From Eledone cirrhosa (taxonomy: Eukaryota): DNA of 64,000 nucleotides. Both the position numbers and the translations under genes were made by a program. Under the pieces are notes generated by a model. That model had not been told where the DNA came from and made no database searches. It saw nothing but the letters and a program-made list of their open reading frames with translations. Of the stretch, positions 25,655 to 37,947 are shown one piece after another (positions within the stretch are counted from its first letter, which is position 1; the number at the start of each line of letters is the position of its first letter). The DNA is taken from assembly GCA_964016885.1 (NCBI GenBank), contig OZ024747.1:72106001-72170000 (forward strand), written 5' to 3'.

Positions 25655-26602
25655 TGTGTGTGTATGTGTATATATAATCATTTTTATTCCCACTTCTCCA
25701 TGCTAGCAAGTCAGAGAGATGAGACTATACAGTGTTGGGTTGGAATATGTGATATGTATAAATATACGTATATATCAAATTGATTTTCAGATCTAACTGG
25801 ATCCACATCAGAAGGTGTGTATATCATCCAATCAACCACACGGAAACATATTTGTTGGGCATATATACCCATTCACTTTTAGTATTATCCTGAACTGGAT
25901 GTACTAATTTGCATATAATTAGTGCTTTGTACTTATACAGATATAACTTTATCATACACTTCAGCTGCTAGAACAATTCCTGATATACACATATAGAACT
26001 GCATTTGCATTTAAATGTTTTTTTGCTTACTTTTTTTGTAAATGAAGCTCTCTTTGCATTTAACATTGATAGAGCAAGCATTGATATCTATTTACATTTT
26101 GTGTAAACAGAAATCCCACTGCTCAGAGGTTAAACCTGTGAAGATCTGTACCTTACTTTAAAAAAAATGTAGATGTGAGGGTTGGTGTCAGGAGGGTCAT
26201 CTGACTGTAGAATTTTGCTTCAAAAAATCTTGTCCAACCCATGCCAGCATGAAAAATAAGAATAAAGTTGACAATGTATGTATATATACATGCTAGTGTG
26301 GAAGATAGATGTTAAATGATGATGATCATATACAGACTTCCACGGTGTTTCTATCTACTAAATTTTTCCCATACATAATTGGCCAGCATGAAACTAGAGC
26401 AGAAAAAACTTGTCCTACTTATTATGCTATGAGATTGAACTCAGAACCATGCGATTGCAAATACCTCTTAACCATGCAACTATGCCTATTTTTCTTGCAT
26501 TTCAAAAAAATTATTGTTTATGCAAAATAATGTAAATACCAAATAATAAAGATGGAATTTTACTTTAAGACATCACTGATGATAATTCTTTGTATATTTT
26601 AG

Positions 26603-26665
26603 ATTTTTGAAATGGTTGATGCCAAAGCTCGACAAGATTGTATAAAAGAAATTAATTTATTAAAG
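26603..26665 (+). CDS. NEK7: NEK6/7 coding exon 2
   Basis: TTTTAG| IFEMVDAKARQDCIKEINLLK |GTGAA. Confidence 0.95.
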
Positions 26666-26976
26666 GTGAATATTGTTTTTCTTTGTCTATCTCTGTCAGT
26701 ATGTTTGTTTCTGTCTGTCTATCTGCCCTTCCATCCAGTGGTGTAACTAGACACTTATAAACCTTGCATAATATTTGATATATCTAATCGAGGATTTCAT
26801 TCAGTGAAAGTGCTCAACAGCTAATTTAGAAATTAATTAGGGCCATGACCAATCAATGGCTTTGTGAAATAAAGGAAGGAGAGAATGAATCTGTAATAGT
26901 AAAGGGTTGGTTTGTTCAAAATTGTGTAAATTGTTATCTTTGTAGTAACTTGATTTTCCAAATGTTATAATATATT

Positions 26977-27171
26977 TACTGTATACTCGAATATAAGCCA
27001 ATCCTCCTCCCCACCTATTTTATGTTTGAGAAATGGGCAAAAATTTAAACCCCATTTATTAGCCGAGACAGCTAATCAACACATTGTTTAGATGGCGAAT
27101 ATAAGCACCCTCATTTCACCATCAATTTTTTGGTTACATATTCCTCAGCTCATATTCAAGTATATACGGTA
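26977..27171. mobile_element. pogo/Tigger-like MITE
   Basis: TIRs TACTGTATACTCGAATATAAGC / GCTCATATTCAAGTATATACGGTA with TA ends. Confidence 0.65.
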
Positions 27172-27502
27172 GTCTAATCAAATAATAAATTTGTTCATAG
27201 ACAATGGCAGTGCCCCAGCATGGCCTCAGCTAGTTGGCTGAAATACACATAATAGAGTATGTAAACAGAGTTTGTTGACAACGAGTTAACATGCTAACAA
27301 GTTAACTGTTTATCTGTTATTTTTACAGCAGCTCGATCCTTCAAATCGGATAAAATATTTAGCATTATCAAATAGTAAATTTGTTTATAGATAATGGCTG
27401 TGCCCCAGTACGGTGGCCTCAGCTAGTCAGCTGGAACATGTAAGAGAGTATGTAAACAGATTTGCTCACTACAAGTTAACATGCTAACTGTTATCTTTAC
27501 AG

Positions 27503-27613
27503 CAACTTGATCATCCAAATGTGATAAAATATTTAGCATCATTTATTGAGGAAAATGAACTGAATATTGTACTGGAGCTGGCTGATGCTGGAGATTTGTC
27601 GCGTATGATAAAG
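27503..27613 (+). CDS. NEK7: NEK6/7 coding exon 3
   Basis: TTACAG| [37 protein letters not shown] |GTTTG. Confidence 0.95.
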
Positions 27614-27880
27614 GTTTGTCTACTTCTCTCTACCTTATCCATCTCTCTCCACATGCCTCTCTATCTCCCCCTTTTCTTCATCTTCCTCTCCCTCTTCTCT
27701 CTCTCTCTACCTCCTGAACTCTCTCCACATCCCTCTGTATCTCTCCTTTTTCTCTATCTTCCTCTCTCAATCTACCTTACTCTTTCTCTCTAACACCCCC
27801 TCTCTCTTTCTCTCTAACACCCCCCCTCTCTCTCTCTCATTGTTCCACTCTCTCAGACTCACTTTCCTATATTTTTCCAG

Positions 27881-27989
27881 CATTTCAAACAACGTGTTCG
27901 TCTGATACCAGAGAAGACCATCTGGAAATACTTCATCCAGATCTGTAGTGCTCTTGACCACATGCACTCACGTAGAATTATGCACAGAG
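27881..27989 (+). CDS. NEK7: NEK6/7 coding exon 4
   Basis: TTCCAG| HFKQRVRLIPEKTIWKYFIQICSALDHMHSRRIMHR(D) |GTAC. Confidence 0.95.
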
Positions 27990-28620
27990 GTACAGTCCAC
28001 TAACATCATCATCATCATTTTATGTCTGTTGCTCCACACTTGCATGGGTTGAACAGGTCCTTCTCTGTACAGAATCTATCCATTTGCATTCATCTCCTGT
28101 GTGATCTTTAGCAATCTGAGATCAGCTCTAATGACTTCCTTCCAAGTCTTCCTCTACAGCAGCTTCCTTCTACTGGATTTATTGGCACTTCTTCACTCAG
28201 TGATCATCATCCATGCACATCACATTCATCTATCCTGCACACCACTTCTGATTCCTCTTAGACCCAGTTCCTCCCTCAATTCATCCTTGCACACATTAAT
28301 ATTGCACATCAATCGCTGCCAACCAATTCACCCCACCTTCCAACTATTTATCTTCTTCTCTCTCTCTTATGGTGAACTTTAAAACATCAGGGCTACCACT
28401 ATCAGTAGAATGAAAGGATGAAAGGAAAATCAAGAGAATTTATGATGATGCTGGAGTGAAAGAAAATTGATGTGTTGTGTATAAGAAACTAAATGGAGTG
28501 GAACGTCAGCTAGTCTATATATATATATATAATTTCATTACATGGCTATTGTACTATTGTAACTACAAAAAACGTCAGTGCTCACATTATTAATGCTTTA
28601 ACTTTAAATTTCTATTTTAG

Positions 28621-28728
28621 ATATAAAGCCTGCCAATGTCTTTATTACAGCTCAAGGAAAAGTAAAACTGGGGGATCTAGGTCTTGGGCGATTTTTCAGT
28701 TCCAAAACCACTGCAGCTCATTCTCTTG
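28621..28728 (+). CDS. NEK7: NEK6/7 coding exon 5
   Basis: [36 protein letters not shown], with the NEK6/7-type DLG in place of DFG. Donor GTGAGT. Confidence 0.96.
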
Positions 28729-30202
28729 GTGAGTAAAATGGAGGACAAATACCATTTATATTCATGTATAAGATACACTGTTTTCAATGTAAATACGTGA
28801 AAAACAACCATGCATGGGATTTGTCTACTGGACCTACAAAATTTCAGTTTGAATCAAATAATGAGCCATCAATGTTGTATGTAAAATGGAGGTGTGACTT
28901 AGACATGGGTCTATATGAGTATATATGGTTTATATACTCATATATACTTTGTGTATATATACTAGGTTAGAACATCAGATAGGATGCTTTGCGGTATTCA
29001 TTCTGGCTCTATACTGTCTCAGTTCAAATCTTGTTGAGGTCAACTTTGTATTTCATCTGTTTGCGGTTGATAAAATAAGTACCAGTCTAGTACTGGGATC
29101 GATTTTTTCCCCTCTATATCTCTTTCTCTCTTCCTTTCTTTCACTATCTCTACTCTTCTCTGGAAGAAATCTGTTGTAGTCAGACATGGAGAATGATGGG
29201 CTCAGCTAGGCTTAAAATGCCCATGAAACAATGTATGCCAATATGACGCCCCTTATGACTCCATCAGGAGCTACAGAACCATACCATTCTATGGTTTATA
29301 TATATATCTAAAATTCAGGAGTTTATTTGTGTTTACAGAACTTCAAGATTGAAAAAAAAAAATCTGTTTTTTTTTTTGTTTTTTTTTTTACATGATTGCA
29401 ATGAATTGCAAAATCTGTAGAGAACTAGATATGTGGTGACTTGATCTGCCAGAAGCAACAGTTAAATCTCCCTGAAATCACACTCTATTAAAGAAAAAAG
29501 GAAACATTGGCTAATATAGTTTTAAATATATTATAACCATGTGCATCCAGGGGTTTTAGAATAAGTTCTCTGTATCTATGCATTATAATATATGATTAAA
29601 AGAGTTGACATCACAAAGGGCATCCAACCATGAAAAACTGAATCAAAAAGTCGTGTCAAACCCATGCCAACATGGGAAAGCAGACACTCTACCGATACTG
29701 CCAGTGATGATAATGATATCTATATATAAATTTCTGTGATTCTGTCACAACATGTAAAGAGAGAGGAGTAGTTTGACAACCTCATACTACTCCTCTCTCT
29801 TTACGTTTTCTGCCTGCATGAATGTATGTGTGTGCAAAAGGAAGGAAGGGGATGGTGAAAACACTATGCTGTGTCTGAGTGTATGTGTGTGTTTGTGTAA
29901 ATGTATATATGTGTGTTTGTGTGAATGTATGTCTGTGAGTATAATTTTGTAAGTTTGTGTGTTTATATTCATATATTCATACATATAAATGTATGAATAT
30001 ATGCATATGCACATACACACATACACACACACACACATATACACATACCCATCAGCATGTTGAAAAAAATCCTAATATCTGAATAAAAAATGAAATGGTC
30101 ACAGTTGATGAGACGTAGGAGAAAGAGTTTAGAACTTAAAGTAAAGATTTCTTACATTATTTTATTTTAATACAATGTTTATTATTTGTTCTTCCGTTAC
30201 AG

Positions 30203-30297
30203 TTGGAACTCCTTATTACATGTCGCCAGAAAGAATACATGAAAGCGGATATAATTTCAAGTCAGATATTTGGTCCCTTGGATGTTTGTTATATGAG
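30203..30297 (+). CDS. NEK7: NEK6/7 coding exon 6
   Basis: TTACAG| (V)[31 protein letters not shown] |GTAAA. Confidence 0.96.
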
Positions 30298-30699
30298 GTA
30301 AATTTTACTCTTTATGATTGTGAGGTTGCAAGATTGATTCCCTGACCTGCCGATGCATTATGTCCTTGAGCAAGACACTTTATTTCACATTGCTTCTTCT
30401 ACCAGGAGTTGCAACTGGTAGATAGTGTCAGCATTGGAAAGAAATTATTATTCACCAAAATTTGCTGGCCTTGTGCCTAAATTAGAAATCAGTATTTAAT
30501 CCAAACTATATACTTGGTTTACAATAGACACTGTATCTGTCTGCCATAAAAGGTTGACCTAGCCCTTATAGGGTTAGAGGTGTTATTCCTGACGTGGAAG
30601 TAAACATTGATAGGTCTAAAAGTAAACTGATAAGTAAGAAAGAAGACAAAAAGTTGATACTATCAGAGAAGTGGTCTTGTATGGTAAGTTAACAAGGGA

Positions 30700-31260
30700 T
30701 TAGCAGAAATAACATGGACATACAAGGAATCTAGTGGCATTACAGAAAGATAGACTTTGTATGTGATAGATGCACTGGAGAAGTAAACATTAAGAGAACA
30801 TGTGAAATAAACTCCCTTAATTGCCAGGGAAGCTCCCTTGAAGTTGACAGCTTTTGTTACTTAAAAGACCTAATAAGCAGCAGGGGAGGATGCTCGCAAT
30901 GTGGGAGTTTCAGTATGTGTACGATGGAAGAAGTTTAGAGAGCTATTAGCTCTGCTAACAACAAAAGGCTTCTCTCTCATAGTAAAGTTTACAATATATG
31001 ATGCCTGCATACAAACTGTAATGTTACATTGCAGTAAGACATGGGCCTTGACTGCAGAAAACCTGCAAAGGTGAGAAAGAGGAGAGCAAGTATGCTCTGA
31101 TTATTGTGTAGTGTCAGCGAGCATGAACATAGCATAAGCAAGCTGAGAGAAAAACTTGGTATAATGTTGTGTGCAAAAGAGAATACTGTGATGGTTTGGA
31201 CATGTGATGTGTATGGAAGATGACAGCTGTATAAAGAAGGTTGGGGGAAGTAGGGAAAGA
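30700..31260 (+). mobile_element. Old degenerate RTE fragment in NEK7 intron 6
   Basis: WKKFRELLALLTTKGFSL..YDACI and WFGHVMCMEDD in broken frames. Confidence 0.7.
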
Positions 31261-31363
31261 GAAGTATGCCATGGCTGATAATAGTGGCAGTGGGTGGGAC
31301 AAGTCTAGTGTCATAAGTGTATGACAGACCTTCACAAGTATGATATAATTTCTATTTTTCCAG

Positions 31364-31477
31364 ATGGCAGCCTTGCAATCTCCATTCTATGGTGACAAGA
31401 TGAATCTGTATTCCCTGTGTAAGAAAATAGAACAGTGTGACTATCCGCCCCTACCTTCAGATATCTATTCCCAAGAG
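31364..31477 (+). CDS. NEK7: NEK6/7 coding exon 7
   Basis: TTCCAG| [38 protein letters not shown] |GTAAA. Confidence 0.96.
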
Positions 31478-33487
31478 GTAAACTATTTCTTTCCCCTATA
31501 CATCTTATTGGACAAATTGTTTGACTGTTGTTTTATAAGTTAGTCAGAAGGGAGGAGCATTAACAGTTTCTGTAGTGAAAGCTTATTATTACCACTACTA
31601 CTAATAATAATAGTAAAGGTGCATGGCTTAGTGATTAGGGAATTGGATTTGCAATCATGGAGTTGTGAGTTCAATTCCCAGACTGGCTGATGTGTTATGT
31701 CTTTGAGCAAGGCACTTTATCGGTCAGGAGTTGTGGCCGGTAGATGGTATCAGCAATGGAAGCATTGTTTTTTGGTTCAATTTGACAAGTTCCACCCCAC
31801 TCAGTAAACAAACAAGGTCTGGGATTTTGTCAATTGATTCCAAAAGAATAATAATAATGTTTTGAAATGTAAATTGCACCTAGTACACATTGTAAAGTGG
31901 ATGGCACTGTGAAGGGTATCCAAGCGTAGAAGCCACATTAAAATATAAAACATGCGAGTAAGAAGTGGTTTTCTGAACCATCTAAAATTGGACTGTGATG
32001 ACTCAGCCAACTCATGCCAGCAATGAAAACAGACATACATCATCATTTAATATTTGTTTCTCTGCTAGCAATGGCTGGAGGGTTTATCACGGACTGAATG
32101 AATATTCAAGCAGAGAGACTGCCTTCTCAGATGTACTGGGCTGGAGGGGGTGCATCTTGCTTACATATAATCCTGCACTCTATGGATTACACAAACAAGG
32201 CAGGAGCTTGCCTCTCCATTACATATGTTCCTATACTCTACTGAGTACAATTTATTATGGAACCAGGACTAACGAGATCGTCTTTGACACAGCTAATGAG
32301 TCATCTTGGCCTTTTGTTTAGCAGATATATGTATATATATATATAAATGTAAATGTGGTTGGTGTTAGGAAGGACATCCAGCAGTAGAAATCAAGCCAGA
32401 TACAGTTCTGTATAAGCAAGACACAGTTACCTGATTTGATTTTTCTCACAACAGGACAAATCATCTAACCCATGCTAGCATGGAAAAATGAATTTTAAAT
32501 GGTGAAGAAGATATATATAATATACATATATATGCCTATATATAATATACATATATATATGATCTATGAACTTGTAACATCTCACTGACCCCCCCGTCAC
32601 CACAATAACAATAACGCCTACACTCGCTCCCCACCATCACCACATTACTCTAAGGTCGCTGTCCTGTCCCCTGTTGACATACTGCTGACTATCTTTTGAT
32701 GTATGTATGTGTATATACATATGTGTATGTGTGTGTATATGTGTATATCTCTGTGGATGCGACCAGATTTCAACACAGCAACAACTACAACAACAACAGC
32801 AGCAACACCAACAACAACAACAACAGCAACAACACCATCGTCTGTGTTGAATGTGTGTGTATGTATTTGTATATATGCGACAGCAATAACAGCATCAACA
32901 CCATTGTCTGCAGCAACAGCAGCAGTGAAATGAAGGACAACAACAACAGTAACAACTACAGCACCAACAACTGTCACCACCATCACTGACCATCCACCAC
33001 CACCACGCTGATACCATCCACCACCACCACACTGACACCATCCACCACCGCCATTACCAGCGTAAACAAACAATTATTATTGTTATTGTTATTATATACA
33101 AGCCGAACTGGACTGGGAAAGGTCAACAGTTGACATGATAGTGATTTTGACGATTTTGACTTTGATTTTGATTTTGTATCAGTACTGTCGGTAATATATG
33201 TATATATATATATGTGTTTGTGAGTTGTGTGTGTGATTGTATGCATGAATGAGTGTTGGTATGTGTGGTTGTGGTTTGTATGCATGAGTATTAGTGTGTG
33301 AGTCGTGTCAATAAGTTTTTTTTTTTTTTTTTTTTTTTTTAAATGACCATGCTGTAAAATGGAGGGGTAGAGAGGGCCCTTGAGTCTAGTAAGACATCCT
33401 CTCTAGTGCTGGTGGCACAAATAAAAGCACCCAGTCCATGCTGTAAAGTGGCGCTGGTGTTAGGAAGGGCATCCAACCAGTGTATCA

Positions 33488-36400
33488 ATGCCAAAAAGCT
33501 TATCAGCACAGCAACAAAACAGCATAGAAAAAAATATGAAGACGTCGCATCTCAGAGTTGCAACACTTAATGTTGGCACTCTCAGAGGTAGATCTGCTGA
33601 AATAGCGGAGATGCTGGAGAGAAGGCAGGTGGATGTGTGCTGCGTGCAAGAGGTGAGATGGAGAGGTGCCTCTGCGAGACTAGTCGTAGGCAAGCGTCTT
33701 AGCTATAAGCTATTCTGGGTAGGTAAGGATGATGGGTTAGGGGGAGTAGGCATTTTCCTGGCTGAGAAATGGATCAATAAGACAATAGAGGTAGTTCGAG
33801 TTAGTAATCGAATAATTAAGCTTAGATTAGTTGTAGGTAGGAGACTACTGACAATCATCTCGGTCTATGCTCCCCAAGCAGGCCTAGGCAAAGATGAGAA
33901 AGACTGCTTTTATGAGCAACTTTTGCAAACAACCACAATGACAGAGGACGGAGACATCGTTATGCTAGCAGGAGACTTCAATGGTCATGTTGGACAGCTC
34001 CAGGATGGTTACACTGGGGTACATGGTGGGCATGGTTACGGTTCAAGAAATGAAGAAGGAGTGAGACTTCTTGAATTTTGTGATGCAAGTACATTGACTA
34101 TTTGCAACACAAACTTCCAGAAACCTGCCAATCACCTAATAACCTACAAATCTGGTGAGCACATAAGCCAGATTGACTTCCTGCTAGTTAGGCAGCGGGA
34201 CAGGCAGATAGTGTCTAATACCAAGGCATACCCTGGGGAAGAATGTACCCCACAGCATAGGTTAGTTGTTAGTGATATCTCAGTAAGCAAGAGATGGAAT
34301 GAGCCATATAGGAAGGTGTGGAGAAGAAAGGTCTGGAAGCTAAAAGACCTTTCACTAAAATTCAAATTTAGGAAAGCCCTTCAAGATGTATATGACGAAA
34401 AAGAAGACGAATTAGAGACGTATGACATAGATAATAACTGGAAGTTCTTACGTGACAACTTGCTGAAGGCTACTGATGAAACTTGTGGCTGGAGCAGAGC
34501 CCCAACCAGACAGAGAGTGACCTGGTGGTGGAACAGCAGTGTAGATAAGGCTATTAGAGACAAAAGACTAGCATGGAAGGCTTGGAATAAGGGTGGGAGT
34601 AGGGAAGAATATACAGCCACTAAGAGAGAAGCTAGACGTCAGGTGTACTTAGCACGCAGGGAGGCAGAGAGTAGGAGGTTTGCCAATGTTCTGCGACGGG
34701 AAGATCAGAGGCGTGCGGTGTTCCACATTGCAAGGCAGTGTGTCAATGCAAATCAGGATGTTGTTGGTGATAAATGTGTCCGGGATGATGCCGGTGTACT
34801 TAGTGTCACGAATGACCAGAAAAAGGAGGCCTGGAAATGCCATTATGAGAGACTGATGAATGTGGAGAACGAATGGGAGAGAGAGAAATTACCCTTGGTA
34901 GATCCGACAGAGGGACCAGCTATTGAGATTGATGAATATAGGGTCCAAGAGGCGATTAGGGAAATGAAAAATGGTAAGGCGGCCGGACCATCGGGAATAG
35001 TTGCTGAGATGCTGAAGGCATCAGGGGACGTAGGCACTAAACTGGTTGCACGCATAATCAATCAGGCTATATATGGTGGTGTCATACCCAAAGACTGGTG
35101 CAGCAGTATTCTCATAAATTGCTACAAAGGTAAAGGGGATGCTTTGGAGAGGAGCAATTATAGGGGTATAAAACTGATAGATCAGGTTATGAAAGTGGCA
35201 GAAAGGATTTTAGCACAACTAATTAGAGAAAGGGTCAAACTAGATGAGATGCAGTTTGGTTTTGTGCCTGGGAAGAGTACAACAGATGCCCTCTTCTTGG
35301 TGAGACAAATGCAAGAGAGGTTCTTAGAGAAGAATAAGCCACTATACTTGGCCTTTGTTGACCTAGAGAAGGCCTTTGATAGGGTACCCCGATCTGTCAT
35401 CTGGTGGTCCCTAAGGAAGCTGGGTGTTGAGGAATGGCTTGTAAGGACAGTGCAAACTTTGTACAGAGGTACTCTCAGCAAAGTCAGGGTAGGAATGGAG
35501 TTTAGTGAGGAATTCCAGATACAAGTAGGAGTACATCAGGGTTCGGTCCTCAGCCCGCTCTTGTTCATTATAGTCCTCCAAGCCATAACAGAGGAGTTTA
35601 AGACTGGCTGTCCATGGGAACTTCTCTATGCTGACGATCTGGCTCTTATGGCAGAATCAGTAGAGGAGCTAGAGAATAAATTCCGGCTATGGAAACAGCA
35701 GTTGGAAGCAAGAGGACTGAGAGTAAATCTAGCTAAGACAAAAGTGTTGATGAGTAGAAAAGAGGACAAAACCCTGATTCCGTCAGGGAAATGGCCATGT
35801 TCGATATGCAGAAAAGGAACTGGCATAAATTCTATAAAATGCACACAATGTAGGTCCTGGGTACACAAGAGATGTAGCGGGATAGCAGGCAAACTAACAG
35901 GTAGGGAGAAATATGTATGCAGTAGATGTACAGGGAAATTAGACAGTAGAAGTCGCACTGATAGACACATTTTTCAAATGCGAGAGGGTGCTATAGAAGT
36001 GGTGGATAGCTTCCGGTACCTAGGAGATCAGATTAGCATGGGAGGAGGGTGTTCCGAGGCCATAGTATCTAGAATAAGGACGGGTTGGAAGAAGTTTAGG
36101 GAGCTGCTTCCTCTGTTGACGAAGAAGGGTTTCTCCCTGCGTACGAAAGGCCGGTTGTATGATGCCTGTGTGAGGAGCGCGATGCTGCATGGTAGTGAGA
36201 CATGGGCAGCTACCGCAGAAGATATGCGACGGCTGGAGAGAAATGAGGCAAGCATGCTCCGTTGGATGTGCAGTGTAAATGTGCGTGAACGACCCAGCAT
36301 AAATGTGTTGAGAGAGAAACTGTGTCTGAGAGGGATAGAATGTAGTGTACGGGAGAGGAGACTGAGGTGGTATGGACATGTGATGCGCATGGAGGATGAC

Positions 36401-36635
36401 CGATGGGTGAAGAAGTGCCAGGAAATGCCAGTTGAAGGAAGACGTAGTAGAGGTAGACCACGAAAAACATGGGCGGAGGTGGTGAGAACAGACCTCAGAT
36501 CATTGAAGCTCACGGTGGAGATGACGAGGGACCGTGACGAGTGGAGAGATGCTGTGCTGAATAAGACCCGTCCCACCCTTGCAAGCAGGGAAAAGCGGAC
36601 GTAAAATGATGATGATGATGATGATGATGATGCCA
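33488..36635 (+). mobile_element. RTE-clade non-LTR retrotransposon with an uninterrupted 1038-aa ORF (APE endonuclease, RT, PHD-like finger) and a (GAT)n tail
   Basis: APE motifs TLNV, CVQE, YAP, GDFNG, IDF and QH. RT motifs QFGF, FVDLEKAFD, QGSVLSP and YADD. C-terminal RLRWYGHV...GRP..W. ATGCCA direct repeat at 33488-93 and 36630-35. Confidence 0.95.
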
Positions 36636-37199
36636 GATAGTCCTATACGAGTGAGACATGATCACCGGACTAATCTTGCCTCAAGTGGGACATCTCCCGT
36701 TTAACCCATGCTAGTGTGGAAGATAGACGTTAAACGATGATGATGATGATGATATATATATACATACAGAGAGAGAGAGAGAGAGAGCTCTCCATAATTG
36801 TGGAGGGTTTTTTCTGGTTGCACGTATCACCAACCACTTTACAGAATGGACTAGGTGCATTATTCATGCCACCAACACTACACAGTCTAACTGGACTTGA
36901 GAGTCCTCTCCACCATATATCGGTTTTTATTCAGAATGTTTACTCCCCTAGGCAGGTAGCTCAAATATTATATAAGCTAAAAACTATAATTTGTGGAGCT
37001 TCATTGTAAAAATTTACAGTATATCAAAAGTAAGCATTGCAAGCAAAAAATACATTTTAAAATAGAAATATAATTTCATATATGTATATATATATATATA
37101 TATATATACAATATATACTATCCTGATGTCTTCCAAAAGTAACGGTCGCATTTTGAAAGGGTACGTCAATGTTTATTTATAAAACTGGTATATATTGTA

Positions 37200-37260
37200 T
37201 TTTGTCTGATGAAGGCATACCATAATTTAACATGGTATCCTTGAAATATGTATAATGAAA
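37200..37260 (+). ncRNA. Type-I hammerhead motif in NEK7 intron 7 (sense)
   Basis: ttttgt-CTGATGA-aggcataccat-aatttaac-atggtatcctt-GAAA-tatgta-TA-atgaaa, overlapping an AATAAA. Confidence 0.55.
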
Positions 37261-37635
37261 TAAATATGGTTTTATAAATATAGTTTCCATTTACTAATAT
37301 CGTATATATATATATATATATATATATATAATGGGTTTCTGCATAGTTTCTATCTACCAAAATTCCATAATTCTACTCACAAAACATTGTTCAACCAGAG
37401 GCTATGGTGCTGTGCATGTAGATCAAACCTGGAAGCATACACACACACACCCCATACGTACTTATAGACATCAATATTTTAGTCTATGAATTATGTCTGT
37501 AGGAATATTTAGGATTTAGGAAATGTTCATAATTTTCATTGTTTTACCCCTTTTTTTTGGTTTCTTTGTTTGTTTAGGGATTCTTTTTGTTGTATATTTT
37601 CATCTCTTGTATTTTATTTTTGTTATTTTGCTTAG

Positions 37636-37947
37636 CTTCGGAGTCTTGTTGAAATGTGTATCAACCCCAACCCAGAACAGCGACCCGATATAAACTATGT
37701 ATACAATATAGCCAAAAGAATGCATGCATACAGCTGTGAATCTCAACAACAGCAACAACAGCAGCAATTACAAGATCAACAGCAGCAGCAGCAACAACAA
37801 CAGCAGCTACAAGTACAACAGACCCAGCTACAACTATCACCCCAGCAGTTTCTGCAACAACAGCAACAACAACAGCAGCAGCATCAACAACAACAGCAAC
37901 AAATGCAGCAACTAACAACATTACAACAACACTTAATGCAACAATAA
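37636..37947 (+). CDS. NEK7: NEK6/7 last coding exon with polyQ tail
   Basis: CTTAG| LRSLVEMCINPNPEQRPDINYVYNIAKRMHA... followed by a 67-aa Q-rich tail and TAA at 37945-47. Confidence 0.9.
   Translation, partial: LRSLVEMCINPNPEQRPDINYVYNIAKRMHAYSCESQQQQQQQQLQDQQQQQQQQQQLQVQQTQLQLSPQQFLQQQQQQQQQHQQQQQQMQQLTTLQQHLMQQ

Noticed and set aside
32640-33210. Alternative NEK7 exon in the CAA/CAG/GATTTT-rich part of intron 7
   Set aside because: Low-complexity repeats, a weak acceptor and an early stop. The kinase domain is complete without it.
34144-36576. Antisense ORFs over the RTE LINE
   Set aside because: They are shadow frames of the LINE ORF with no recognisable motifs.
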